Source of the DNA: Octopus bimaculoides
Lineage: Eukaryota
Length of the DNA: 64,000 nucleotides
NCBI RefSeq assembly: GCF_001194135.2
Contig: NC_068981.1
Coordinates: 91,229,202-91,293,201, forward strand
Reading direction: 5' to 3'
The notes under the pieces were generated by a model. The model made no database searches. It was given only the letters and a program-made list of their open reading frames with translations, and was not told the DNA's origin. The position numbers were made by a program, and so were the translations under genes. Below are positions 47,554 to 60,537 of the stretch, one piece after another (positions within the stretch are counted from its first letter, which is position 1; each line of letters begins with the position of its first letter).

Positions 47554-48499
47554 AATAAGATAAACTCTTACATAAGAATTTATCAAGCAGTTATCGTGAA
47601 AAATATTCATAAGGAAGAATCTATCGTTNNNNNNNNNNNNNNNNNNNNNNNNNNNNNNNNNNNNNNNNNNNNNNNNNNNNNNNNNNNNNNNNNNNNNNNN
47701 NNNNNNNNNNNNNNNNNNNNNNNNNNNNNNNNNNNNNNNNNNNNNNNNNNNNNNNNNNNNNNNNNNNNNNNNNNNNNNNNNNNNNNNNNNNNNNNNNNNN
47801 NNNNNNNNNNNNNNNNNNNNNNNNNNNNNNNNNNNNNNNNNNNNNNNNNNNNNNNNNNNNNNNNNNNNNNNNNNNNNNNNNNNNNNNNNNNNNNNNNNNN
47901 NNNNNNNNNNNNNNNNNNNNNNNNNNNNNNNNNNNNNNNNNNNNNNNNNNNNNNNNNNNNNNNNNNNNNNNNNNNNNNNNNNNNNNNNNNNNNNNNNNNN
48001 NNNNNNNNNNNNNNNNNNNNNNNNNNNNNNNNNNNNNNNNNNNNNNNNNNNNNNNNNNNNNNNNNNNNNNNNNNNNNNNNNNNNNNNNNNNNNNNNNNNN
48101 NNNNNNNNNNNNNNNNNNNNNNNNNNNNNNNNNNNNNNNNNNNNNNNNNNNNNNNNNNNNNNNNNNNNNNNNNNNNNNNNNNNNNNNNNNNNNNNNNNNN
48201 NNNNNNNNNNNNNNNNNNNNNNNNNNNNNNNNNNNNNNNNNNNNNNNNNNNNNNNNNNNNNNNNNNNNNNNNNNNNNNNNNNNNNNNNNNNNNNNNNNNN
48301 NNNNNNNNNNNNNNNNNNNNNNNNNNNNNNNNNNNNNNNNNNNNNNNNNNNNNNNNNNNNNNNNNNNNNNNNNNNNNNNNNNNNNNNNNNNNNNNNNNTA
48401 TATATATATATATACGGTAGTTAACGTGAGGCATTCTTGTATAGTTATGCCCTTATATAGGGCGGAAAAGTTGGAGAGTGGCTGCACGACTTTCTAAAG

Positions 48500-49800
48500 A
48501 GACGTCAGTCAGTGGTAACCAATGGAGCCACCTCTAAGGAAACAAAAATAGCAAGTGGTGTTCCACAGGGCGCTGTCTTAGGGCCAGTGCTATTCATAGT
48601 GGCCCTCTCAGACATGCCCTCAGCTGCTCAGATATCCACCATTGCTAACTATGCAGATAAAACAAATTCTCCCGGACAATACAAAATCCTGAAAATATTG
48701 CACATCAGCAACAGGAGTCGGACGCAATATACAGGTGGCCTGAGGACAACAACATGCAGATTAATGCAGGAAAATTTCAGGCCCTGCACTACCAGCACAC
48801 AGTGCTAAACGACATGCAGATAGAATACACTGGCCCGGGAGGAATTGCAATCCCTGACTGAATGAAAATCAGTGCGTAACCTGGGCATTGACAGGAATAA
48901 TGATGCATATTTTCAAGATTATATTCATTTCTACTCTAGGCACAAGGCGCAAAACTTTTGGGAATCGGGCCAGTCAATTAGATCGACCTCAGTACGCAAC
49001 TGGTACTTAATTTATCGACCCCGAAAGGATGAAAGTCAAAGTCGACCTTGGCGGAATTTGAACTTAGAACGTAAAGACAGACGAAATACCGCTAAGCATT
49101 TCGCCCGGTGTGCTAACGTTTCCGTCAGCTCACCACCTTTTTTCAAGTGCATATTATCAATCTGATACTAAAATGCAGACGGCTAGCTGGATGGATCCTC
49201 CGTACTTTCAAAACAAGAGAAAAAGAAATATTGATGGTCTTTTGGAGGACATACATCCTCAACCGCTTGGATTACTACTCCCGGCTGTGGTCACCGCACA
49301 ATATAAAATTCTCGGCGGAACTCGGAGCAATCGAAGGAAGTTACATTAAGAAAATCCTCTCAATGAAACGTATCAGTTGCTAGGAAAGACTGAAAGAATT
49401 AAAACTCTTCTCGATAGAACGGGAAAGATATGCAGTGATATACATCTGGATAATCGTGGAAGGAATTTACCAATCTTTGGCATTGAAAGTTACACAAATT
49501 TCAGAACGAGACGCCACTGCATGGTGCAAAAATCCTAGTGTCGCCATCAAAATACAGGACCAGATACTGCAACAGCTTGGGCTTCAAGAGTCCACAGCTC
49601 TTCAATATCTTTCCTAAAAGCCCGAGAGACCTGCATGGTGTGGATGTAAGTTACTTTAAAACAAAACTGGATCTATTCCTGTCAAGGGTTTCCAGACTAG
49701 TCTACCTCAGAGCAAGAAACAAAGATGAGGGCAGCGGCATCAAGCATCCTCATTGACCAAATGCCACATATCACAGGACGTATCTAATAAAAGTGTAACT
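48500..49800 (+). mobile_element. CR1/L2-group LINE, RT 3' half and 3' end, interrupted by a SINE
   Basis: SGVPQGAVLGPVLF, NYADKT, RRLAGWILRTFKTRE, RLDYYSRLWSPH, PQLFNIFPK...LDLFLSRV; stops and frameshifts. Confidence 0.9.
48918..49139 (-). mobile_element. Full-length SINE family B with an 8-bp target-site duplication
   Basis: TTTTCAAG at 48910-48917 and 49140-49147; removing the insert restores the LINE frame (FQVHIINL). Confidence 0.95.
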
Positions 49801-50256
49801 CAGTCACGACCGCAGCTTTGAAACTGAAACGTTTTAAAGAATTTAAAGAATTAATGAATTATATATATANNNNNNNNNNNNNNNNNNNNNNNNNNNNNNN
49901 NNNNNNNNNNNNNNNNNNNNNNNNNNNNNNNNNNNNNNNNNNNNNNNNNNNNNNNNNNNNNNNNNNNNNNNNNNNNNNNNNNNNNNNNNNNNNNNNNNNN
50001 NNNNNNNNNNNNNNNNNNNNNNNNNNNNNNNNNNNNNNNNNNNNNNNNNNNNNNNNNNNNNNNNNNNNNNNNNNNNNNNNNNNNNNNNNNNNNNNNNNNN
50101 NNNNNNNNNNNNNNNNNNNNNNNNNNNNNNNNNNNNNNNNNNNNNNNNNNNNNNNNNNNNNNNNNNNNNNNNNNNNNNNNNNNNNNNNNNNNNNNNNNNN
50201 NNNNNNNNNNNNNNNNNNNNNNNNNNNNNNNNNNNNNNNNNTATATATATATATAT

Positions 50257-50747
50257 CAGTTGAATAAAGTTAAAACAAGGTCTGTTTTTCACTTTTTTTA
50301 TTATGGTATTTTAACATTAAACTTCAATCAGCTTTTTCATACGTTTGTAGTAATCATCTGATTTCAAAATGTAATTAACTGACAGTTGGGTTCGAACGTT
50401 CCAACAGGCGGAATTTTTGGAATACGGTTTTGACAAATTTGCATGGAGCTTAAACGTCACGGTTTGCCGGGCGTAACGATATTCTGGAATTTGTTTATAT
50501 TCATATGCTAAAGGTATTTTTTAATCCACATCATTAACTGGCTGTTATATTATTGTTGTTATTTCCGTTCAGAACAGGTTTGAACATTTTAGTAAACCGT
50601 TTTTCCTTTATCTTTCTTCTAACCTCAGCGTTACATTTTCAAATCTGATGGTTACTACGAACATATGAAAGCGTTAATTGAAGTTTAATGTTAAAATACT
50701 ATAATAAAAAAGCGAAAACCAGACCATATTTTAACTTTATTCAATTG
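50257..50747. mobile_element. 491-bp MITE with about 118-bp TIRs
   Basis: 50257-50374 versus the reverse complement of 50631-50747, roughly 85 percent identical; termini CAGTTGAA/TTCAATTG with ATAT flanks. Confidence 0.9.
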
Positions 50748-51362
50748 ATATATTATTCTATACACATTAACACAAATTCGGGGGCAAAATATGTACATAC
50801 ATTTATATGTGTGTGTATGTGTGTGTGTGTACGCATGTCTTTGATTCATCCCTAAAACTAGTATCGCTGATTCAGTCTAACTGTTAGCTTCCATTTTCAG
50901 AAAGTTGTTTATGACCTTTCTAACACATCAATTCTCTAAACTTCTGCACAACTTCAGAACTTATCGGCCTTAACTACATTTTTTTCCTTTATCTGATATA
51001 CACTCAAATTTAGAAGTTTCCAACCATTTTTATGCGTCTGGCTAGATGTTTATGCAATGTGGGCTATTGGGATGCCCGTTCCGGAATTTATAATTTGACA
51101 GTAATATATTGCATTGATATATGTTGGGTATTTTATTATGGCCCATTCTTCAAAATCAAAAGCATTTTACAATGATGAGATCGGAATGTAACGAATGAAA
51201 ATAAGTATATATCAAGTTGGTGTCGTGTTTCCTATAATCTTGTGTCGTAGAATATTCTTCTATGTATATTGATTACCTTACAATTTTCTCGCTTTACCTA
51301 TTTCTACATCTTATATATTGTTATTATTTGGCAGCATGTATGTATGTATGTATGTATGTACG

Positions 51363-51419
<57 letters not shown>

Positions 51420-51531
51420 CTATCTGTTTGACGATCTACCTCTCTCTTTCCCTCTCTCTTTTATTCTATATAAATATATGTTTGTCTACACACACATACA
51501 CAAATACACACCCACCCACATATATATGCTC

Positions 51532-51580
<49 letters not shown>

Positions 51581-51744
51581 CATACATTTATACGTAAGTA
51601 TATATATATATATATACAAATATATATATTGTGTATATATTATATATATATTACATGTATATGTATATATATATATATTTTATATATATAATATATATTA
51701 TATATTTTAGATATATAATAAATATATTATATATATATGTATGC

Positions 51745-51780
<36 letters not shown>

Positions 51781-51790
51781 NNNNNNNNNN

Positions 51791-51840
<50 letters not shown>

Positions 51841-52109
51841 GATATTATATATCAGTTCTACCTGTTTCTGCACATTCGCTATTTAAATATGGTTTTGCGA
51901 TTTCGACAAAAATTACCAATACTACAAAGGAGACAATAATAAAATATAAAAGGAAGTCATACGTACAGAGATGACGCATACATTCGTACGCATATTGATA
52001 CACGGTTATATACATGAGTGTGTGCATGTACATGTGTGCGTTCGTGCTGATGGTTAGAGTCAGATAACAGGTAGACAAATCGATATATATATTTAGGGAG
52101 AGAGAGAAA

Positions 52110-52240
52110 GGTAAAGTGAGAGAGAGAGACAATGGGAGAGAGAGAGAGAGAGAGAGAGGTAAAGTGAGAGAATGAGACAATGGGAGAGAGAGAGAGAGAG
52201 AGAGGTAAAGTGAGAGAGAGAGACAATGGGAGCGAGAGAG
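52110..52240. repeat. About 44-bp GA-rich tandem unit, 3 copies
   Basis: GGTAAAGTGAGAGA..GACAATGGGAG(AG)n repeated three times. Confidence 0.8.
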
Positions 52241-52537
52241 AAAGAGAAAGGCATGTACAGCATACGTTCGCCAATAAAGTATATACTGACACATTAAACA
52301 TGAAACTAATAAGATATTTCATACTGCGATCAATCTCTATCTCTCGATGTATGTGTGTAATTGCCTTTTTCTTCGAGAGTATCTCCCTGTATTTCTATCT
52401 TTTAAAAACCTGGACATCTCGTTCTCCTGCTATGCCTTCCCAGTCGCGAAAATATTTAACGCTCTCTTATCTGCTCATTGATCCTATATCGTATACACAC
52501 ACACACAAGCACATATGAAGTATGCATATATATATAG

Positions 52538-52608
<71 letters not shown>

Positions 52609-52699
52609 NNNNNNNNNNNNNNNNNNNNNNNNNNNNNNNNNNNNNNNNNNNNNNNNNNNNNNNNNNNNNNNNNNNNTATATATATATATATATATATTC

Positions 52700-52860
52700 A
52701 ATCCAAACATGAACAAGCAAGAAAGAACACGAAAAAACAACAACGCGATGACGTGGAATAAGTACAATGTTACTGGACGCTCAGGAAAGGAAAGAAAAGA
52801 AAGAGATTTTCACGTTTCGAGCGGAGCTCTTCATCAGAAATATACAAAAAGTCCAAACAA
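52700..52860 (-). mobile_element. Penelope-like terminal fragment with a minimal hammerhead-like motif at 52806-52842
   Basis: Minus strand TTT-CTGATGA-A-GAGC-TCC-GCTC-GAAA-CGT-G-AAAAT; position 17 is G. Confidence 0.55.
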
Positions 52861-52863
52861 GGG

Positions 52864-53105
52864 AGAGGGCTGGTCAATAAGTATCCGGACTGTTGCCATA
52901 GTAACGAACCTAAACCACACAGAGTAAAGCCGTTTGGCAAAGATAGACTTTGAACTCTGCTGTGGACATTCAACCTCATATTCGCTGTTTATATCAATGC
53001 AGGGGACGAAGGAGAGTAATGTGTGATCGTCGCATTGACCATGAGAGAAAGCATTTTCATGGCGACACCTGCCCAGTGGCCTACGCAATGTTGCAGAAAG
53101 TATGA
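52864..53105 (+). mobile_element. One end of a mariner-like element (TIR plus subterminal region)
   Basis: GAGGGCTGGTCAATAAGTATCCGGACTG matches the TIR of the MITE at 57812-57985 and shares the internal TGTGATCGTCGCATTGACCATGA. Confidence 0.75.
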
Positions 53106-53289
53106 AGTGGAAGATAGAAGAGAAATGATAACAACACCGAACGAGAGACAAGCAGAGAAGAAAGAGATGGAAAACCCAGCAACAGTAGAAAAGAGTATTG
53201 ATAGAAATCAGAAACACTGAAAGGAAAACAATTGAGAAAATGATACAATACAGAAAAAATGTAGAAATTGAAAAAAAGATAACGAAAAT

Positions 53290-54600
53290 GAAAGAGGTGA
53301 GATGTCCATTCTTAGGAGGTCTACATCATTCATTCCTAAACTTGTTCGCAAGGCGATGCGATAAATTGCAGTACCGTCTTTACATTTCTCTTCTTCAATA
53401 TACTTGGCTTTGGTGGAGTTCAGGCGGTTCATTACTCTGCTGTTTGAGACCCGTACCGCCATGTAACATTCTTCTTCCTTCTCTTTAGTTTTTATTGGCT
53501 TCTTTGCCTTTTTAAATGACCTTCCTTTGTTTTTTTTTCCGGGAAGGTTGGTTTGATTCCTCTTTTATCTTTAGTCACGGACCACTCCTCCCCTTCATTG
53601 TTATTTACTGGTGTTCCGCTGCTGATTTCTCTTTCTTTTCCTTCCTGCGTTTCTTCTTCGCCTTTTTTCTTTTGCTTCTTCTCTGGGAGGATCATACTCG
53701 GCCCTTACATGGCCTTTTTTCCACATTTAAAGCACAGTGGTTTCCTCCCCTCGACCACTACCACTAATCTGGTCTCTTTACTTGTATAATCTCTGGAATT
53801 TCTTCCAGAGTCAGGGGCTCGGCTCGAATTGTAATTTTAACACCTTGTCCCTGCCAGTTTCTTTCTTCCATTACCACTGCCTCTAGCAGTGTGGTCTTTT
53901 CTTCTGGTCCCAATGTTACTGCTGCGACTAGCCACTCTGTTTTAACCTCTGGTAGTATATTATTTATATTGATCCTCGAAGTCTCCTCCCCATATATGTG
54001 GGCAGGAGCACCACTTCCTCGGTTCTTAATGGGTCAACTGAATGGAGCCCCGCTTTTCCCCCAGACTTCATTCTAACCTCTACCGATGTATATCTCTTAC
54101 CTTTTGTGAGGTACGTCATGTCGTGCCAAATGGGTTTCAGACACCTTTCAACTTCTTTTTCTGAGACGTGGTCAATTCTTCTCTTTCACTTTGTAAGTCT
54201 TATAGATTATGCTTCTTTTAAACACTTCTGCTATGTTTTGTGGAGGGGCTACATTATTTCTGTCCCTTCCTTTTCGTCAACATGTTTTCATGTTCATTTC
54301 ATAGTCTCATAGTTTCATAGTCTCCGTGTTGATTTTCATGATTTTATTTTCATCGGCGACTTTTTACAATTTGCTGGCGTCTCGCCGGTTGCCAGGCTTG
54401 CCGCCACAACATTCTTTTTGACATTCAATTTTACAGGTGAATTCTGCTTATTTGTTGTTTCCTCGCCTCCCTCCTGGGAGTTACACTTGATGTATTTCGG
54501 TTCACACTTGTTCATTTCCTGCTTCGTTTATTGAGAATCATCTTCTGACAGAGATAGTTCTGGGGTGTTCAAATTGTCCATTTTACACAGATAGCAAAAT
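53290..54600 (-). mobile_element. Tx1/L1-like ORF1 remnant with a zinc knuckle
   Basis: MDNLNTPELS start; VEGRKPLCFKCGK(K)GHVRAEY (CCHC knuckle with a frameshift and the last C changed to Y); many stops. Confidence 0.7.
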
Positions 54601-55519
54601 GCCGTCACAAAACAAGATTTTCAAAATTTTCAGCCCACGCCGTACAGAAAAATTATGCTTTCACAGCAAGAAAAAAGTTATAATAATTCCCCACCGCGCC
54701 GGGGAATTAACAGCAACTTGCTTTTTAACAAATCAATAAACAGTTTTTTCAATAATTTCAACAATAGCAATTCTTCTACAAGTAACAGCAAAAAAATTCT
54801 CACCTCGACCAATTCAACAGTAACACAACAAAAGGAACCACATAGAAGGACGAATCCAAACTAAGCGAGTGGGGTTTTCGAACAACTTCTTTCTTTATTG
54901 CCCATAAAGGGCCAACGACATGGGACAATACAAAGACATGTGGGGACATAGAACAAACGAAACAAGTAAAAAAGCCCAACAAAACTTATGTTACAAAATG
55001 AATGATAAATGAAAATGGAATGAAGTTCCTGAGCTCCACCTCTGAGCCGCTTAATTTATACCTTTTAATCACTTTTTATACTTCGTACCTGCCAGTATAT
55101 CGAACTTGTACTCCTCCAATAACCGCACGTACGTCAATTGTCATGGTAATTTGTCTTCCGAAATTTTGTAGTCCCTTTTAAACATTACAATTTTTTCTTT
55201 TTGTTCTTCGTTCAATAAGAGACTTCAATGCCATTCTTGAACGTTATCATATTTATTCATTTCAACTGCTCTGATATATTTCCATGTTTTTATCTCCTCG
55301 CAAAGGTTTCTGTTTGAATTATCGTACATTAGTGCGTAATTATTCTTTTGCCTTTTTTCCAGAGGTGGGGAAGGTTGGGGGCTTGTGTCTATATGCGGCT
55401 TCTTGTGTGTCAGAGGGGTGGTTCAGCGTCTGTAAGGGGTGAGCGGGAGGAAGAGGGTGTGGGTGGGCGTTGGGTAGTTGTGGGGTGGGGTTCTGTTTCT
55501 GTTTTGCATGGCTTTTTCC

Positions 55520-55900
55520 TTTTCCGTAGGAGGGAAGAGGAATTAGTTAAGGACCTAGAGGAAGACATGAGAACTGGCAATGCAACCCAGGTGAAGGTGA
55601 AGAGACTGGAATTAAACCAGCACCTCGAAGCCAAGCATATGGGGTGTATTGTCAGGGCTAGACGTAGTGCAATGGGTTGCGAGGGGATCAGCGCCACTGA
55701 TTGGGCCCGAGTGGTGGAAGCCCAACGTGGTAATGATTCTACAATTCGACCTTTGGAGAACGTACAAGGTGAGTTGATGATCGAACCCGAGGAGATGTGT
55801 AACACTTTTCAGGAGCACTTCACCCAGCTTTTCGGGGGGAGGGGGACGATGAACCGGATAGACTGTATTATCCCCATATCTTGGCCCCGTGTGGGCAATA
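55520..55900 (+). mobile_element. Tx1/L1-like ORF2 fragment (EN-RT linker)
   Basis: GCIVRAR...EGI...EAQRGNDSTIRPL...GELMIEPEEMCNTFQEHFTQLF matches the G..IRAR / I..L...G / F..FY..LF linker pattern. Confidence 0.65.
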
Positions 55901-56042
55901 AAGAAACAAGTTCTTCGAAAACCGAGCTTCTACTGTATTAACATAAATAAAACGTGCTAATTACAAAGAATTTTAATTATCCGTTATTAATTAAATGGCA
56001 TAACATGTCTATTGCATGGAAACAACTTAAACTACACTTATG

Positions 56043-56430
56043 TTTACTCTTTTACTTCTTTCAGTCATTTGACTGCGACCATGCTGGAGCACCGCCTTTA
56101 GTCGAGCAAATCGACCCCAGGACTTATTCTTTGTAAACCTAGTACTTATTCTATCGGTCACTTTTGCCGAACCGTTAAGTTACGGGGATGTAAACACACC
56201 AGTATCCGTTGTCAAGCGATGTTTGGGGGACAAACACAGACACACAAACACACATATACATATACACGATGGGCTTTTTTCAGTTTCCCTCTACCAAATC
56301 CACTCACAAGGCTTTGGTCGGCTCGAGGCTATAGGAGAAAACACTCGTCCAAGGAGTCCCGCAGTGGGACTGAACCCGGAACCATGTGGTTGGTAAGCAA
56401 GCTACTTACCACACAGCCACTCCTGCGCCT
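56043..56430 (-). mobile_element. Full-length tRNA-derived SINE, family A
   Basis: Minus-strand head AGGCGCAGGAGTGGCTGTGTGGTAAG...GGTTCAGTCCCAC (A and B boxes), central (TG)-like tract, AAGTAAAAGAGTAAA tail. Confidence 0.95.
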
Positions 56431-57059
56431 ATTTATTGAATAAAGGAAAATTATGTTCATTATATTTCAATAAATCTTGGAAGAAATGGTTAGAAATAAA
56501 TTATTACATTTTATTGAAGCATTATTTTCCAATATAAATGAGAGAAAGTGTGAAACAGAAAAAAATTGAATAAACAAAAATGCAAAAATCGAAATATACG
56601 GCAGATATAAAAGAATTGAAGAGGAACAAAATTAAATAAGTATTCAAAGAGAAATATCAAAGCATATGTTAATGAATTTAATTAAGGTGGTCAGTAATGT
56701 AAAGAAGAAATTTCTGAATACAAAAACTTGTTTAGATTAATTGGTAGAGGCGAAACTGAAGAAAATGTGGACGAACAAGTAAATGTTTTTTAAAATAATT
56801 ATAATTATTTTTATGAATGTTATTATAGTTAATAAACACGCGCACACACACTTATATATATATATATATATTTGGAGAGAAGATTTTTTCCTCAAACACT
56901 TAAGATTGAGGAAAGAAACTTTTTCGAAATGGGAAGAGATTTCACAAAATGTGTGCTGCTTTTGCTTTAATAGATATGCAAGCGCTTTCAGTTCTTAACG
57001 TTTTCAAGCTCGTGTTATAAAATATAATTAAAGCTGTTTTCAGTAAAATTGTCGTTGAC

Positions 57060-57586
57060 TATTTCCAGTTTAGTTTCGGACTCATTAATTTTATAAAATA
57101 TTCCTCTTTTGCCTTCCGAAGAAGGTAGTTCTCTTCATTTATTTTATGAAGAGTGCAAATTGTAAATTATCCTTGTGCACAGGTGTGCAAATGATCACAA
57201 CATGGTACGCATCTAAGTGTGAGATGTTTTATTTGATGTCTGTGCACATTTACCCGGTTGGTTAGTTTCGTTTTCGTTTCCCCAATATAATGTTCGTTGC
57301 ATCGTGGGCATGTGATACAATACATCAGGTATTTGCTTTTACAGTTCATATTTGCATTCACTTTCAATTCTTTTACATTCTTGAATTTTTTTACTGGTCC
57401 CTGTTCTATCAAATCACATGTCCCACAACAGGGGTCCCCACATTTGGTAACTTGCATTATTTCTTCCTCTGATGCAAATCTTGCTTTCCTTAGAAGTTTC
57501 TTAAGATTTGTAGGTTGCCTTCGGCTGTTGATTATTTGTTGTTCCTTCATTATTTGTCGGAGACATGGGGACCGGTGTAGAATTGG
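57060..57586 (-). pseudogene. Penelope-type Cys-rich linker and GIY-YIG endonuclease; truncated by a gap
   Basis: RQPTNLKKLL, KCGDPCCGTC, LMYCITCPRCNEHYIGETKTKLTNRVNVHRHQI, then after a frameshift LRKAKEEYFIKLMSPKLN. Confidence 0.9.
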
Positions 57587-57774
57587 NNNNNNNNNNNNNN
57601 NNNNNNNNNNNNNNNNNNNNNNNNNNNNNNNNNNNNNNNNNNNNNNNNNNNNNNNNNNNNNNNNNNNNNNNNNNNNNNNNNNNNNNNNNNNNNNNNNNNN
57701 NNNNNNNNNNNNNNNNNNNNNNNNNNNNNNNNNNNNNNNNNNNNNNNNNNNNNNNNNNNNNNNNNNNNNNNNNN

Positions 57775-57811
<37 letters not shown>

Positions 57812-57812
<1 letters not shown>

Positions 57813-57985
57813 GTGATCTGATCAATAAGTATCCGGACTGTTGTCATGGTCAATGCGACGATCACATAGGAAATGCGCTGGTCGTTAAAACTTAGTTAAG
57901 GTCAATATTTGCGAAGCTGTTTTACTTTACATGTTTTAGCTTCGTTACTATAGCAGCAGTCCGGATACTTATTGATCATGCCTCG
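57812..57985. mobile_element. 174-bp mariner-type MITE with TA target-site duplication
   Basis: TIR core TGATCAATAAGTATCCGGACTG at both ends; TA at 57810-57811 and 57986-57987. Confidence 0.9.
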
Positions 57986-58019
57986 TACACGTAAAGTTAC
58001 TAATGAATGGATGTGCGTT

Positions 58020-58052
<33 letters not shown>

Positions 58053-58116
58053 ATGCGTGTATGCGTGTGCGTGCGTATACATGTATACACCCACTCTTTT
58101 ACGTGTATATACATAC

Positions 58117-58186
<70 letters not shown>

Positions 58187-59597
58187 CATCTAATTATGCA
58201 TGTTTAGCTTCTGAAATAATGTTCCTCACTTCATTAAGTATTCAAGCCACAATCTCTTTCCAAAGCTGTCACAATTTAAAATTTTGCAGCATTTTAATTA
58301 GAGTTCTAGTTAACCCTATATAGCACCGTCTTATCAATGTTTATCAAAGAATTATACGCTAATAGTTTAACAAGTAATGCTTTTCTGTCTTGATTTGTTT
58401 CATATTTTATCTTATAATATTCTGTAATGATTTCTTCTTCTAAATACAAGTCTATCCGATGAGAGAGATCGTATTCGCGCCTAATTTTTAGTGTGATGTA
58501 GAATTGTGATTCACATATTTTACAATATCAGTGTTTTGGAAATTTTAAACAGGAATACATGCTGTGGCTTCCAGATTTTCCCTTTCTTATCGATCTTTAA
58601 TTTTATTGACCTTCAAATACACATTATGAAATACGGATATCTTTTGCAATACATATATGATTGAATCAAGGGTACATGCATTGCACACGTTAAAGGTCAG
58701 AACTTGGAAAGCTTTTATAGATCACATTTGTAATCACGTAACAACATATCATTTACAATTATTCCGTTCGAATCTCACTTTACATTCTGTCTTTATTGTA
58801 ATTTAGATTTTATTTCAATTTAGAGTTGAATAGTTCTTATATTTAAATTTAAGGAGCTGAAAAACTTAAATTAATGAGGTTATTCACCCATTTAACGTCT
58901 GCGTGTGTTCTGATTCGATTTTATTGTGAAATTTTATAATTTCAATATAGCCAAGTACTTAAAGTTTTTTTTTAGGAAATAAAATCAACGCTGATGAGAT
59001 TGAATATTCCTTTTACAAAAAACGGTTGGAAATAACAGGCTAATTTCAGTTTATTCTCTCTTCAACTGGCAATACGTAAAAGCGCTCAGTACATCGTGTC
59101 ATGCATATATTCTTATAATGCGGACTAGGATTATGAAGGAAAGATCTGAGGAAAGTAGTTCAGAGGAGCGATTTGCCTGCTAAATGGACAACTGTTTCAG
59201 TCTGTCATGTAAAATAGCGTTTGTCACATAAAGTAGTGGGTTGAAATTAATTTATAACCTGAGATTATTGGCCCAGTCATTAGACTGTTGGGGTTTAAGC
59301 TAAAAATATAACGATAACCCAATAAAGTTATCAGATTGAATAATTTGAAAAAAGTAAGATTAGGGATATCGTGAGTCTAAAGCCAAATTGCTAAATCACC
59401 TCGGTCGTATTAGTCCTCCAGCAAATTATATTCTACTGAAGGTAAGTTCTCACATTTATATTACTGTCATGACCAGTTTTAATACAAACACTCTACATCT
59501 TGCCGTCTGAGTAAAAAATCTCGATTAATCGGAGACGTACAATTTACAGAAGTGAGTCTTTAACCTATGTGCTTAAAAAAAAAATTCATCTGAGATT

Positions 59598-60375
59598 CGT
59601 GGTGGTATCAAAACGTTCCCGGACTAGTTCTGTAGTGCTCCAACAGATGGCACCATAACATTGTGTACGCGTTGAGAGCTAGCAGTGACCTTCATGAGGG
59701 TGTGTGCCGAGTGACATCGCTGTGTTTACTTCGCAAGTTGTGAAATTTGTTTTTTTTTATAACCTCTATGCTGTTGTCTGCGAATTTTGTCATGAGCAAG
59801 AAGTTGGGGCAAAAGGCCAACGCGAAATACTGCGTTAAACTTGGAAAGACTTCAACAGAGACATTGAGCATGCCTTGGCAAGCTTACAGCGACAAGGCAA
59901 TGGGTCATACGCAATGTTTCGAGTGGCACTGGAACTTCAAATTCGGAAGAACGTTCCTGTAAGACGATAAGCGATGTAATAGAACTGCCACGAGCGTCAC
60001 CACCGGAAATATGGAGAAAAGTCATCAGCTTGTGCATAAATATCGTTGGAGGACAATGAACAACGTTTTAAAGCGTTTACGGAAGGACATTCAGCCAAAG
60101 CGACTGGATCTCGGGAGCGGGAGGAATTGGATTATTCACGATGACAATTCACCCTATCACGTTTTAACACTGTTGTCGAGATCTCGAGAGAATCGCAGGT
60201 CCTCCACTTGCTTACGGAACACGACTTCCAGACTGCATTCCAAAGCTGCATGTATGTTGGAACCGGTGTGTTGCTGCACAAGTTGGCTATTTTGAAGGAG
60301 ATGATATTAAAACTTGGGTAAATAAGTTATATTTCATTAAATATAACCAGTTTGGGAAATTTGGATACCACCTTG
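59598..60375 (+). mobile_element. 778-bp internally deleted mariner element with TIRs
   Basis: TIRs CGTGGTGGTATCAAAACGTTCCCGGACTAGTT and its imperfect reverse complement, TA on the right flank. MSKKLGQKANAKYCVKLGKTSTETL...CFEWH (HTH), LKRLRKDI...WIIHDDNSPYH, and a decayed YFEGD C-terminus. Confidence 0.9.
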
Positions 60376-60537
60376 TACTAGAAAGTTTCTTGATATTCCT
60401 AATCAAATTAAAAGCAATACTTTCATTCTAGTATGCCTATACTGATCACTTTTAAGTTTCGCTAACTGGCTTACATGTGGCTGTTTAATAAGCATCTGTG
60501 CTAATGATGCTGAAAGTTGCCATTGCTTTCATGAATT

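Noticed and set aside
50629-50710. Strong acceptor followed by RYIFKSDGYYEHMKALIEV* and AATAAA, resembling a terminal exon
   Set aside because: It lies in the right TIR of the 50257-50747 MITE; the same sequence is present inverted in the left arm.
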